Positions 13,992 through 27,600 of a stretch of 64,000 bases of DNA are shown in pieces. The notes beneath the pieces were generated by a model. It was not told the DNA's origin. It saw nothing but the letters and a program-made list of their open reading frames with translations, and searched no databases. Position 1 is the stretch's first letter; each line of letters starts with the position of its first letter. This DNA is from Pecten maximus (Eukaryota), in contig NC_047025.1 of assembly GCF_902652985.1 (NCBI RefSeq), positions 13,950,001 through 14,014,000 of the forward strand. Reading direction: 5' to 3'. Position numbers and translations under genes: made by a program.

Positions 13992-15661
13992 AATGCCTCT
14001 GATTAAAAGTGATTAACTGACAATCACGAAAACAGTTTGTTATCCTATTATCCAAGTATTCAAATATATAACATAACAGTGTTTTCGATAACACTGTCTT
14101 AAAAAGATGTGTATCGTTCACTTGAAACTCAAGATTTAAAGCGGTACTTCCTGTTTTCAATAGTGTAGGTATCTTTCACAATACGTAAGTCTCCCTTTAC
14201 GATCGCTGTGTCGATTACACGACTGTGCCTTTATCCATCATGGTGTTCTTTCTTTCTTTGATTAGTTGTCATTAATCCTTAGAACAACTAGATCCGGTTC
14301 TGTCCTCAATATGTCGACACATGTGCTAGCCGATTAACCTCGGTCTCTGGCTAACGATACGTAAACATCCCTGTCACTTTAATTCTGTTGAATATTCGTA
14401 GAAAGAACTCTTCCGCTATGTTCCATAGATGTGTTGACAAAGAGAATAAATAGGTTTTCCACGGAAAATAGGACGATCTGCTGAAACATTATCTGTATCC
14501 AATCAAACAAATCAGTGTTTTTCTTTTTACGTATATATTGCCGTGTAAGTATATCATATAAGCCATATTATCATATACACCTCTCTCGTTTCTCTTTACC
14601 CATGGGGGACCTAAACAAAGTTGTATATCAAATAAATTTATTTAGAGCTTTTATATAAATTGAGGATGATCAATTTTAGACTGACGAAGAGAATTTTTAG
14701 TCGTTAATAATTATATACTCCCAGGTGTTTTTTTTAATAAAAATCCCGTATGTCTTTTGAAGGAAATGCTATTGAATGTATATGAAGATTAACCCACAGC
14801 CGGCCCCTTACCTATGAGATGTACATTATCCAGCCTCGGGCATCGAGGAGTGTACCAGGTATTTCTCGTCATGTTATTTAGTGCTATTCCAATCAAAAGT
14901 GATAAATGTTGTATGTATACATGTAAATTTGTTGTCCGACGATTGTGTAAAAAAGACATAAGTGAATGACATGACTGAATACGTCTTAGCAACATTAAAT
15001 ACGGCTTTAGTAATAGATACAGTACATGGAGAATAATGAATACGACAGTGTCCCGTCCTCCCAGGACTTAAGAGATGCTAACGGCCAAATCTTTACAGCT
15101 TTGTCATCTTCACGAGTTCGCTTACTTGTTTGCCAATCGCTAATTGTTTTGAACGTATCTGCACGCGGTAGCAAAATTACAAATATCGATATAATTCAAG
15201 AAAATGTGAGCAGATGGGCAAGTTCGTATAGTGATATGTAGCATATATACCTCAATCATGATTGATATCCCGTATTGTCAATAAAAACCAGTACTGTTGT
15301 TTATTGACAACTACTAGAAGAAAAATGACCATGCATTCAAGAAACAAACAATTAACATGCAGAGTAAACAACTCTCTTCATTAGACAGGCGACTACACAT
15401 AAACATATTAAATGATTTAAGAGCCTTTCAATATAGAGAATTTTTACCTACCTACATGGAATCTAGGCTATTTACATAACGAATTATCAAAACGAAATAT
15501 GCCTGCTTGTACCCACTACATGATGCAATTGGAAAGTATTGCAGGTAATATCTTCGAATTAAGTGATTGCATCATCGATTGTGTTCTAGGCTGACCACAG
15601 AGAGGCACATTACTATACGGGCAAGTGTATAGTATAGGAATCTATCTATAGTTTGGTAGCA

Positions 15662-15671
15662 CCCCCCCCCC

Positions 15672-15730
<59 letters not shown>

Positions 15731-15731
15731 C
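15662..15731. repeat. Poly-C followed by (CT)n microsatellite
   Basis: Run of about 21 C then about 24 CT units. Confidence 0.95.
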
Positions 15732-15916
15732 GGCTAATGACGTATATCGTGAGTTTGAGGTCCGATCTAGGCACGGGACAAAAAATGTCGTTTTCAGCCA
15801 TTGTTAACATGATTCAAATATAATTATGAAAAATACAAGGTATAATATATACTATTGTTGAGGCTGGTCTTTCAGTTTTAGAATCTTACTTTTACGTATT
15901 TGTCCAGTATTTGACA

Positions 15917-16111
15917 TACTGTGAACGTATTAATTTCGGCGCGCTCAAATTTTCGCGCATTTCCAAATCAAAACAAATTAGTACAATGAAGATTTAGCGC
16001 ATTCTCATTTTTTTGTAGGAATGGCACATATATAATTTGATTAGCGCAGTCATAATTTAGCGCACGCTTCAAGAGCGAAAAGCGCTTATTAAAACATGTA
16101 TGTTTACAGTA
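15917..16111. mobile_element. MITE with TA-CTGT...ACAG-TA ends (Tc1/mariner-pogo-like)
   Basis: tactgtgaac at the left end and gtttacagta at the right; internal tagcgc/gcgct motifs shared with 24846-25066 and with fragments ending at ~57267 and ~60651. Confidence 0.65.
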
Positions 16112-16198
16112 TTGGTTTTACAAATCATACACATATATAACCATCACGATACAAGGGTTCACGCCAATTTGTGCTTTTAAAATGCCGGGTGAACTAAG

Positions 16199-16306
16199 GA
16201 AATAGTGGGGCGCCTTATTACTTTACATTTTAATGATCTACATGTATCTAAAGAAATAGTGGGGCGCCTTATTACTTTACATTTTAATGATCTACATGTA
16301 TCTAAA
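16199..16306. repeat. 54-bp direct tandem duplication
   Basis: gaaatagtggggcgccttattactttacattttaatgatctacatgtatctaaa occurs twice. Confidence 0.9.
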
Positions 16307-17894
16307 ACAAGGAGTCTCCAGCAATATAAATCCCCTCGCTTCTCAACATTGTTGGTAAAAATCGTCGAACCACAATGTATCGGATCTAAACTATCTGATA
16401 AGTAACCAAGTAAGTAGTGTGAGGACGGCGAATATCTATTGATAGTAATAGTGGCCTCAATTTGGATCCCGTGAGAATGAAATGCAGCTTCAATCAAGAG
16501 GTTACAATTGTGTATGAAGTTCCAGGACAATGGAAAAATTAATAGGGGTCGGTAGAAAAAAAAAGCACATTGAAATACTTTTTTTTATAGTAACAGACCT
16601 CAACTTTGACATCTGGTGGTTGAAACCTAGCTCGTACAAGAGACGATGGTTGCGAGTTTCAGGACAATCAAGCAATTAATGAGGTCCGTTGAGCATGGAC
16701 TTCAAAATATATTCCATGTAACAGTGACTTCAATTTTGACTTAAGGTAGTTGAAATGTAAAATCGCACAAGTACGAAGTTAGTTATGTGAGAACGGTAAA
16801 ATCCTATTGATAGTAATACTGGCCTCAATTTGGATCCCATGAGATTGAAATGCATTGATGAGGTCATAGGTCATGGTTGTGAATAAGTGTATGAAGGTTC
16901 AGAATAATTGAATAATGAATGAAGTCTGTAGAACAAGGACGTCATTTGGTTACTTACGATCTATTTCCATAATTAAGTGGTGTCACTAAATCATTTAACT
17001 CATTTCATTAAAGTAAAATCGTCTATTCAGTTTGAATTCCTTGTATCACTAATGTATTACATTGAAATTACCAGCACTTTGAAGTGTCAGCATGATGTAT
17101 TCGATTTAAACATTTTCTGAAGCTTTCAATGACACATTTACATTTTTGAAAACTAGAGACTGTTTTTTGTTCACAAAAACATATAGCTCTCCCTCTCCCA
17201 ATCTATACATTATTTTTGCGCTCAACAGACCTTTGGTCTGTATGTCAAGGTCGCACTACATTTTGTCATTGGGGAGATACAAGTATAAAGCAATTGTCAT
17301 TGGAATCTTTTTAATTGATTTAGTGTTATTTATTGATAAGAAATTATTAGAGAGATATGTACTTCGACCTTTGGCCCAGATATTAAGGTCAAAGTGACCG
17401 TATGGTAGTACATTGCACTTCGGCTTCAGGTAATGCAAGTATACTGCAAGTTACCTTTAAGTTATAATATTTCAATTTCTACTCAAGTTGGACTCAATGA
17501 AACTACCAAACTTAATCTGTTTCATTTGCTCATGAATTTGACCAGATTAACACTGAACAGTGCGTATGAATACATGGTTAAAATCCTTCCGCGGAACGAT
17601 TTCACTTTTTCTACATTGTTGTTATAAACATAGATAAATTGTCAAAATTATCAAATTTATAATGTATTCTAGTATTTTATGAAAGACCAGATATGCTAGA
17701 TACTTCTATTTTGACAAAACAATGCTGTTTTTAATCCTAAAATTGCGGACTATTTTACTCGACCGACTAGACATGCACAATCCGGAACTCCTCGGGCTTT
17801 TCCCCATTTGGACTTGCACAAGCTTCGAGACATTATTATCTAGGCCGACTTTTTTATAAAAAAAAAAACAAACAAAAAACAATTGAAATATAAA

Positions 17895-18053
17895 TAAGGA
17901 TTGAATCTTGATTTTGTCGATTTCTTGGGGTCATGAATTGAGTTGCTCTTGAGACAAATTCAACATGAACTGCTTCGCAGTTCATTAAATTTGTCTCAAG
18001 AGCAACTCAATTCATGACCCCATGAAATCGACAATATCAAGATTCAATCCTTA
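17895..18053. mobile_element. Fold-back (hairpin) MITE flanked by TA
   Basis: About 78-bp near-perfect inverted arms, taaggattgaatcttg...caagattcaatcctta, closing on gaactgc-ttc-gcagttc. Confidence 0.85.
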
Positions 18054-21000
18054 ACAGCATTTGTAATTAAGATGTCCTTAAAGGTTTAAAAGTTATCACC
18101 CGGACAAGAATTATTGGGGAAAAAATAACTTATTTGACCTTTGAACGTGAGGTCAAAATCACACACGGACCAAACGGCAGTACACTGCACATCAGATTAG
18201 GTGATGCAAGTATCCTCCAAGTGTCATCAACATATCTTCAACGGTTCAGAAGTTATTTACTAACCATAATGAATGTATGATCACCAGAATGATAAACAGT
18301 TTGTACAAAATACACTTTAGTGAACAGTATCATAAATACTATTCAAGTCTATATATATACAGTGAATGCCGAATGATGAATACAGAAAATCTGTAGCATA
18401 CAGCTATTCCGTCCTTGTAGGAATCGTGAGTGATGCTTGGGACCAAAATTATGGAAACTCATGAAGGAAGGTCGGGATCAAAAAATCAAAATGAGTCGGA
18501 ACAAATGTTAAAAATAAAGAAGGGACGGTACACCGACACAAATATCTAAATATAATTTGTTTATCCTCTCGTTGTCTCCTTTTACCGACTTCCGAGTCTT
18601 TTTTGTATTGTTTGGTTTTGACGCTGAGGTACATCTTGTAGAATCCTCCAATCGTGACTAACTGACGCAAATAGACACGATGAAAGGTAAGTAACCTTTT
18701 TTCTGAACAATTTGCTGAAGAGGAATGTTACATTATTTGTAAGAATAAGCATATGCTGACATATTGATGGTCGTTCCATAGGTCATCAATCACATTCCGG
18801 TTTCCATGTTTCTTCACTTCAGGAAATTCTTAAAATAAAACAAATTTCCATTAAACAGCATTTACTGGTTTTCTGGGGGAAATCTTACCTTGGAGAACTT
18901 TCCTTAAACTCTGTGATGCTTTCATATCTCGAGTTTGAAGTTAAGGAATGAAACTGGAATCTAAATTGGTTAAGTTCTAAAATTAAGGCTAATAAATCAT
19001 TTTGATATTGTAGTATTCATCATAAATCATAATAGATACAGTATTTTTGCATGTGTTCCTCAGAAGCCGATGGTTGCTTCACTGTCAAGGTCAAAAAGGC
19101 TAATCCGGGTTGGTTATTTTCCCCGGAAGCTTAGCGTGAGATTAGTTGGTATTCACAAGACTTTATTTACACAAGACGAGATAACGTATTCCATTCCGTT
19201 AGATGATTGATACATGCGTCAGTGAAGCGGAGATAAAGGCACTTAAAGATAAACAAGATAGTCCTTTTCCATCACTGAAATACATGTAAACACGATTAAT
19301 TATCCTGTTTTGAAATTCAGTTGTGACACGGAAAGAAATTCTGACATCTTGTTCTAATCAATGTTTTCAGTAAGTTTGAAGGAGTGTTAATTAAAGACAG
19401 AAAATATCGTTCACGTACGACCTTTTTTTTATGAAATAGCAAGTATTTGGCATTTGATAAACACATTATACCACCAAATGACAAGAGAATGGTCAAAGGT
19501 CGACAGTAAATACCGGTACATTTGATCTTTATGAGTTAGAATATTTGGAAAGATATCAACAGCCATCAGTTCCTCTAAATATAATTACTAAGTTATTTCC
19601 TAGATCGTTTGAATCGTGTAAAAATGACATCAAGCAATTAATTCGGAGTTTGATAACCTCTAAAGCATATTTGACAATATAGTTCTTGATTTCGTAAACC
19701 GTCTAGAATAAACGAGGGCCAAAGTCGCAAATTTATATTCTGAAGGAATCTCTGCTAGTCGTTCTAAGGGGTGGGGTTGGCTTGTTTAGTTTTCTACTGA
19801 TTCTTTTAAGCCTTGTTTGCGTTCTTTTTAAGCATGAACGTGACCAAACGTTGCTGGATAAAATTCATCAGTTTGGTAGTGATAATAATTGTAAAAATCT
19901 ATGATCTACAGACTAAATACTAGTAACAATATCTGACTGAAAACGATGTTTGTGAGCTTTCGAATACGTCCGTTTCCTTTTCAAAGATTGCAAGATCACT
20001 CTCTTCACACTCATTTGACTAAGGAAACATGTTTTCGCGACAGCTTACAATTTTTCAACCGACTTTTTGTTTGAGATGAACAGTTTTTACCCAAAACATG
20101 TCAATAGGTTACATCAACAAGAGCTGTGGTAGAACAGCATAGGTTGTCTCGCAAATGTTTGTCAATTAATAATTAAGATATATAACTAGGTATTGTTTCG
20201 CATTTTGGATAAATAAAATTTATATTGTACATGTGTACTTGATGGAATTAATTTGTGTTACTAAACCCTAATCGACATAATTTATAAATATCTGAAAATT
20301 CTCGATATCTTCAAAAATGCAAAACAAAAAAAATGAAAAAAAAATGTCGAAGTTCAAAACATGTCATTAAGCAAAAACCCCTTAGTTTGACTCCGGGAGT
20401 GAATAGTCCAACCCCAAAGAGACTCCGATGCCAATTACCAGTACCCTAGTACAATTATAAAGTGATGTGTTAATGTCTTTTTACACTTGCACCAAAAACG
20501 TCAAGTTAAAAAACCCACAAGGTGACTCTTTTCTCTTAGAAATTATTACGCCATTGTATCGGCCAATTACATGCTATGTTACAATTAAATCACATCTTTT
20601 GGGTTATGGACCGATCCAATGAAGATATATAAGATGCATGTTTTATAAAATTCTACACTCAAATTGACAACGATGAAAGTTATTGTATACCTTTCCACCC
20701 CACTGACAAAGTGTATAGGATTCATATCATAGAGTGTATATGAAGTTCAATATTTCAACCTGGTATGTATTGTTTTATAGATTTTGTAACAGTTCTTGTT
20801 AAATCAGAAACTGTTCAATTGTGTCAAAATAATGAAATAAAAAAGAGAATAGTTTTCATATTTATTGACAAAAATTCTGTATCAAAATAGGTGAGATTTT
20901 CACATGTACACACATTCATTAACAATAAACATTCACTACTCTAAATTAATTTGATCACATTGCACATTAAGTCAAGAGTTAGGTTATACACATCAAAGAT

Positions 21001-21475
21001 TCTGAAGAAATTAATTTAGTCATAACACATGTACACGCATCATTAAGCATCATTTTTAAGTCGTGAACTGTGATATGATTTTCTAATGAGAAATATTATC
21101 TAGTGAATATTCTATGTAATAATATTGGATTGACTGGATTATTTTCATCATTTATAAATAAATTATTTTGCACTTGAAGAAGCTGCAGTGTGACTGACAG
21201 TGTGGTCATAATATTTCAGACATCTAGGCCTATGCTTACATATTTGTGTCAAACACATAAAAGTATCATAACAGTTTTCATTTTAAAATATTACATCGTA
21301 ACAGATCACTTTTGACAAACATTTTTCAAATGATATGGAAATGAATGAAAAAATGTCTGTGTATGACTAGAATTTCGAACATCAGCATTTTGATTCCACA
21401 CCTTATTTGAAGACACCACAATGCACAAAGCTGAGTCACTAGCAAATGTTAAAATTTATGGAAGGATCTGATTGG

Positions 21476-21986
21476 GTATATTGGCAGGGCACTCGGGTAG
21501 ATAAATATGTATACACTTATATACCCTAGTGCCCTCCCCGATATACTGTATAACATGAAACGTTGTGTATGAACTTTCATGGTTGCTATGTATGAAATCA
21601 GGAATATAAATACAACGAATAATGTTAAATGTATAACTGTTATATTATTGTCACATGGGCTAAACACAAAATTTGTGTACACATGAAATGATTTGAAATT
21701 AACTGAAAAGTACACACGAACATTTCATGTCATACAGTACCCAATAATGTCTTCACATACATCAGAACATGTGCCTGTGACGGAGCTAGTAAAAATGAAG
21801 TAACAGATACAATGGAAATTTAAAATTCCCTGCGTTTCCTAGAATAGCGGGAATTTACTGTCCTATGTTTTCCGTGCGCGATATATAGTGCATGTAAGGT
21901 GTGCTTGGTAGGGCAGCCAATCAGAGGCTGAGTACGTGTAAGATAGCCACGTGAGGGTACACAGGCGCTCGGGTGAAATATATTGT
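21476..21986. mobile_element. Putative non-autonomous element with a terminal hairpin and a distal copy of one arm
   Basis: Hairpin 21476-21546 (gtatattggcagggcactcgggtagataa / ttatataccctagtgccctccccgatatac); agccaatcaga at ~21915; ggcgctcgggtgaaata at ~21964 resembles the left arm. Confidence 0.4.
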
Positions 21987-24412
21987 AGTGTAGTCATTCT
22001 AGCCGCGGACGTCTAGGTCATGACAAACTTTCATTTAATATTGTTGATAATATTGTTACGGAAGAGTAGTATAGTTTCGTAGTTTTGTAGGTGTTTTGCA
22101 TTATAATGCCAGGCATTTTGTTTTCAAGAATAGGTTAGAAATCCCAGCATTTATTAAGAAACCTGAAGCATTAGAGCTGGTGCAACTCCTTTCTCTGTTA
22201 AAAAAAAACAAAAAAAAAACGGTTTTAAGGTTGGGTGGTTCGCTTGGTTTTTCATATTGCTTATTAAGAAATGGAGTGTGTGAGAGAGTTAAGAATTTAC
22301 TGATGCTTTGTATACATGAAATCGTGTTGTATAATTTTGGAATGTTTTGATTGATTAAACGCCGGCTCTATCGTCCGCTCGGCTCAAATGCATATAGTGG
22401 TTGTGTTGTAGTGGAGTAGGGTATGCAGGAGAATATAGAGGACCTCATAATCAATAACTACCAGTCTTAGAACCACCAGGTGCTATATGATGAATACAGG
22501 ATGAAACTGATAACGGTGCAGTTATCTAATGTCGAAATTTGTTTCATAATTGCAAAATGTTTGATCAAAACATACAATATATAACTGAAATGTTAATAAA
22601 GAGACTCTGTCAATGTGTAGGATAGATAGACATGTACATGCATGCTAATTTACCAGTATCACCAGGCCAGCTTGCATGATTATCTCTGAAAGTTTATATC
22701 TTGGAGCTATAGGAGTAAATTAAAACTGAAGGCTCTGGTTAAATGCTTCTCTACAAACTACATATTTGATTTTGCATATTATTATCTCTCCATTCATGGC
22801 TACCTGATGCATTCATCCCCTATTTGTATCCCAAAGTACCATTCATTAATGGTACAGTTTATATACAATGTTTTCAAATGATATCATGTCACATTAACAT
22901 ATTCCTTAACAAAACAAAAATATCATTAAGATTCTTGTTAGCACAGTGCAGTACTACGAAGAAACAGAACTTCAGTCTTCATACAACACATAATCAGTGC
23001 TTTTAATGTCCAAGCTGAGAGAATATTTGAGACATCCAATTCGATCATATAAATATTTCATATGTGAAATTTCCATCAACTATTGAAAGTCTATACACCC
23101 ATGTTTTGAGTTTACACAACTAAATCACAAAAACAATTATGTACTGCATGAAAAAATGTTTTCCTGCATATACTTTAAAAAAAAAACCAAGGTTGTGTCT
23201 ATAAGTTATAAACACTTATTGAAATAGTATCTAGCACTTTAAGTATGACATTTATAAATAGAAACTTGCTCGCATTATACAAACTATTACTTACGCGTGT
23301 TTGAACTATTAACCGGAGGTTTACCGTACTTCATATATACAGAGGAGGAATATTACAAATCGCCAAGGAAGAATCTGAGAAATCAAAAGGAAATTTGACA
23401 GAGGGGGGGACCCTGGACATATCTTTGTCAGGACAATATGTCTAGTTTAAGCAGACCAATGTTTTTGTTACACTTGCCACATGTTTGTGTGGCTCAGTAG
23501 AGTTTTATTATCTTCCATGCTTTCAGACGAACACCCAGAAATTTAGCAGATGGACGGAAAATACTACATTATCTATATATTTATGAATTGTCCTTTAAGA
23601 AAATCCAAGAAAATTCTATCTTCTCTATATGTCTGAACTCGTCTGATTTCAACAGAGACTGACAAATCAGTATACCAACAAATACATCTTAAAATTGTTT
23701 CATTTCAATGTTTACTACTTTCTATCACCAACATATGAGAGATTCATTAGCACAAAAATCGTCTAAAACACTGGATCGTTCTTAAATTTCTGATGTAAAC
23801 AAGGATTTATGGCAGCGGATCACCTGCTGATCAATACACGTTCATGTTTTATGAACGAAATCTTCATAAAATGAAAATTAATATCTTCAAATAATTTTTT
23901 GTTTATTTCACTTTTAAATGTGACTTTATGTTTACCTTGTCACTTTGCTATGCTTTAACTACCCTATTATTATTTTAATATTTTTAATTTTACAGGTATT
24001 TTCTTTTTTAGAATTAGAGCCATCAATAGTTTCTTTCTTGAATGCATGATAAAATCTTGATACATTTGCAGTTTAATGGACTATACGTGAGGTTGGACCA
24101 TACCAGTCAAGATTTAGGTAAATATATAGATGTTTCATACATACAGTACTGGTATAGAGGAAAATTAAACCCAGCTTAGCCTGATTAATAAATCTTATTA
24201 CTCACTGATTAATTGCTCATCATCTCAATTGTGTGACGTATTGGGTCTTTCATTTGAAAAGATCAAAATAGTTTCTCTACTTTAAAAAGCAAATAGAGCT
24301 TGGACATATATAAAATGAATATTTATACCAAACCGTCTCTCAGAAATTGTCTGTCCATGTTCCATAAACCAATAATTGAACCATTGTAACATTCCCTGAA
24401 TATTCTTCTGGT

Positions 24413-24497
24413 TACAGTGGCCTTCCTCTTGCTACAGTGGCCTTCCTCTTTCTACAGTGGCCTTCCTTTTTCTACAGTGGCCATACCCTTTCTACAA
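24413..24497. repeat. 20-bp tandem repeat, about 4 copies, in the probable PIGU 3' UTR
   Basis: tacagtggccttcctctttc-like units. Confidence 0.85.
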
Positions 24498-24620
24498 CTG
24501 CCTAACACTAGGATTAATTTCCCCAGAAAGTTCAAACTTTCTCTCTTTCATTATCACAAGAGCTTTCATAAGTTTATAAACTGTTAAGGTTGACTTGTCC
24601 TGGAGGATGTCATTCCCCAC

Positions 24621-27600
24621 TCAGTCCAGTATAACTTGGCCCTGTGAACCATCGGGCAACGTGTGTTTTTTTCCTTGAAGCATGTCATACTCTCGACGTA
24701 GGAATGCAAAAAGTAGATCTGTGACCAGGAAAATCTGATAAGAAAAATTATTCTTCATTAACTCTCACTGTTGTAACTTTTAAATGTTAATTTATTACAA
24801 ATATACATGTACATCAATATCTAAATGATCCATAAGTTTTTGTGATACTGTAAACATACATTACTTGGCGTAGTAAAATTTTAGCAGATATCCAAATTTT
24901 TACAGATCTGGATGAATTGGCATGCCAAAATTATTTGATATAGAAACAGTATGTAGAAAGTGCAATTAGCACAATCATGATTTAGCATAATGCTTCTAGC
25001 GCTTAAGTGCTAAAATAGGATTACCACTAAAATAAGGTTACCACTAAAATATGTATGTTTAAAGTATTCCAGAATTGTCTGAGTGGGAAGAGTGGTTTGT
25101 TTTTGTTTAACGTCCTATTAACAGCCAGGGTCATTTAAGGACGTGCCAGGTTTTAAAGGTGGAGGAAAGCCGGAGCACCCGGAGAAAAACCACCGGCCTA
25201 CGGTCAGTACCTGGCAACTGCCCCACGTAGGTTTCGAACTCACAACCCAGAGGTGGAGGGCTAGTGTTAAAGTGTCGGGACACCTTAACCACTCGGCCAC
25301 CGCAGCCCCTGACTGTGTGGGAAGAGTGGTAAGCACATACATTAGAGAGTTGATGGTTGGTGAGGTAAAGCCTCATTTTTTAGCATGCCATACACTGAAC
25401 TGTTTTTAATATTTGATGGGTGCCTCTACCCATCCTACTCAGATTATTTATCAACAGCCCTTAACTCTATTTATTGTACAGTAATAGACTTTTATAGAAT
25501 AAAAACTTTTGAAAAGATCACTTTTCCTGGTACCATGTATGTGTGCTATACTATTGAATGATTATCTGTACAAGTTCTTTTTCAGATTCATTTCAGTACT
25601 GTATTTATCCTATTACGGGACCAACACATCAAATTTGATTAAAACGGGAACTGCATGGGCTAGCTATTGCAGCCATGAAATAGTCACTGTTTGAATTTAC
25701 TCCTGAACTGATCATGAACTATATAAGGGTAGATTTATCAAAAAGGCATCATCGCCATCGTCTCTTTTAATTACTTGTTAGTAATTCAAATATGTTCAAA
25801 GTATGGTTCAATTTTCAACCTTGTCGGTTTTCTAACTTCAAGTTTCTTCATAAAAATAATCTGTATGTCAACACTTACCTCAGCTAATGAGAATGCCAGA
25901 GAAATAGCGAAGTAGAAGTTAGCATTAGCACTGCCAGCGTATAACCAGAGATGATGGAGGATCGGCGCAAACACAGTCGTACATATAAACATACAGGTCA
26001 CTACAAATGTGTTACGCATGTCTGAAACAAAGGAAAGATAAACATACAGGTCACTGCAAATGTGTTACGCATGTCTGAAACAAAAGTAGATAAATAGAGG
26101 TTACACAACGAGTGGTTGTTGGATATGGAATTTATTTCACACGAGTAAGTTATTTTTTAAAAGTTACAAAAGACACGAGCTTTAGCGAGTGTTTTTTGCA
26201 ACTTTTAAAAAATAACTTACGAGTGTGAAATAAATTCCATATCCAACAATTTCGAGTCGTGTGACCTGTTTCTACCACAATAATATCGGCTTGAATCAAA
26301 GGGAAATGTGGCCAAGTATAATTTCGCGTATGCAAATAAAGTGTACCGGTGACGTCTGGGACCCGGTGATGTGACGTCATTAGATTATTGATGACGTCAA
26401 TAACAATTGCAGCTTTGGTCAAAGTTCACCGTGTTAGCCAATCAAAATGCATACAGAGTTTATACCACGTGTGGTATAAACAGATTGTTAATCAACAGCT
26501 GTAATGATTAACTGATGGTCTGAGAGTTGAATAACACAGAGTATTGTTGTAGAAACAAGATTCATCAGTTTGGGGTTGATAATTACTTGGAAAGATGTTT
26601 ATAGTTATTCACTATTGAATAAATTTCATATCACAGCATAAACATGGAGTCAATAGTTTACCAGGTAAATATGATCGCCAACTTGGGTGTTTTGATTCAG
26701 TTTCAAATACATGAATCACCACATACACCGAGTTATTATATTTTTCAATCCTTATATTTACTCAATAGTTCAACTTATATTTACTCAATATTTCAACCTA
26801 TACATTGTATTTACTCATTACAATATTTACCTTAGCCCAATATTTCTTAAATATACACTTACATGAGAACACATGTTTCCATAAGGGTAGTAAACACAGA
26901 AAGAGCCCAACATCTGCAAAACTAGGGTAGGATTTGAATACCCCAATCAGGAAGATCAGCAGGTACAGCAGGAATACAGGATGTTCTCTACAACAGAATC
27001 ATATTGTTATATTACAACAAACAGGAATACAGGATGTTCTCTACAACAGAATCATATTGTTATATTACAACAGGATGTTCTCTACAACAGAATCATATTG
27101 TTATATTACAACAATCAGGAATACAGGATGTTCTCTACAACAGAATCATATTGTTATATTACAACAATCAGAAATACAGGATGTTCTCTACAACAGAATC
27201 ATATTGTTATATTACAACAATCAGAAATACAGGATGTTCTCTACAACAGAATCATATTGTTATATTACAACAAGCAGGAATACAGGATGTTCTCTACAAC
27301 AGAATCATATTGTTATATTACAACAATCAGAAATACAGGATGTTCTCTACAACAGAATCATATTGTTATATTACAACAATCAGGAATACAGGATGTTCTC
27401 TACTACAGATTCATAACGGGTTCCCATGCCATTTGCCCACCATACATCTTGCTGCCATATCGACAATAACAACATTAAAACCACTGTTCATTGTTTAAAT
27501 AACAACAATCAGGAATACAGGATGTTCTCTACAACAGAATCATACTGTTATATTACAACAAGCAGGAATACAGGATGTTCTCTACAAAAGAATCATATTG

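Noticed and set aside
21476-21546. Pre-miRNA-like 70-nt hairpin
   Set aside because: No recognisable mature miRNA; an arm-like copy ~450 bp away fits a transposon terminus better. Small-RNA data would be needed.
25220-25309. tRNA gene suggested by A and B boxes (also 54821, 48434, 31090)
   Set aside because: No complete cloverleaf; the heads run into SINE cores or are truncated copies of such SINEs.
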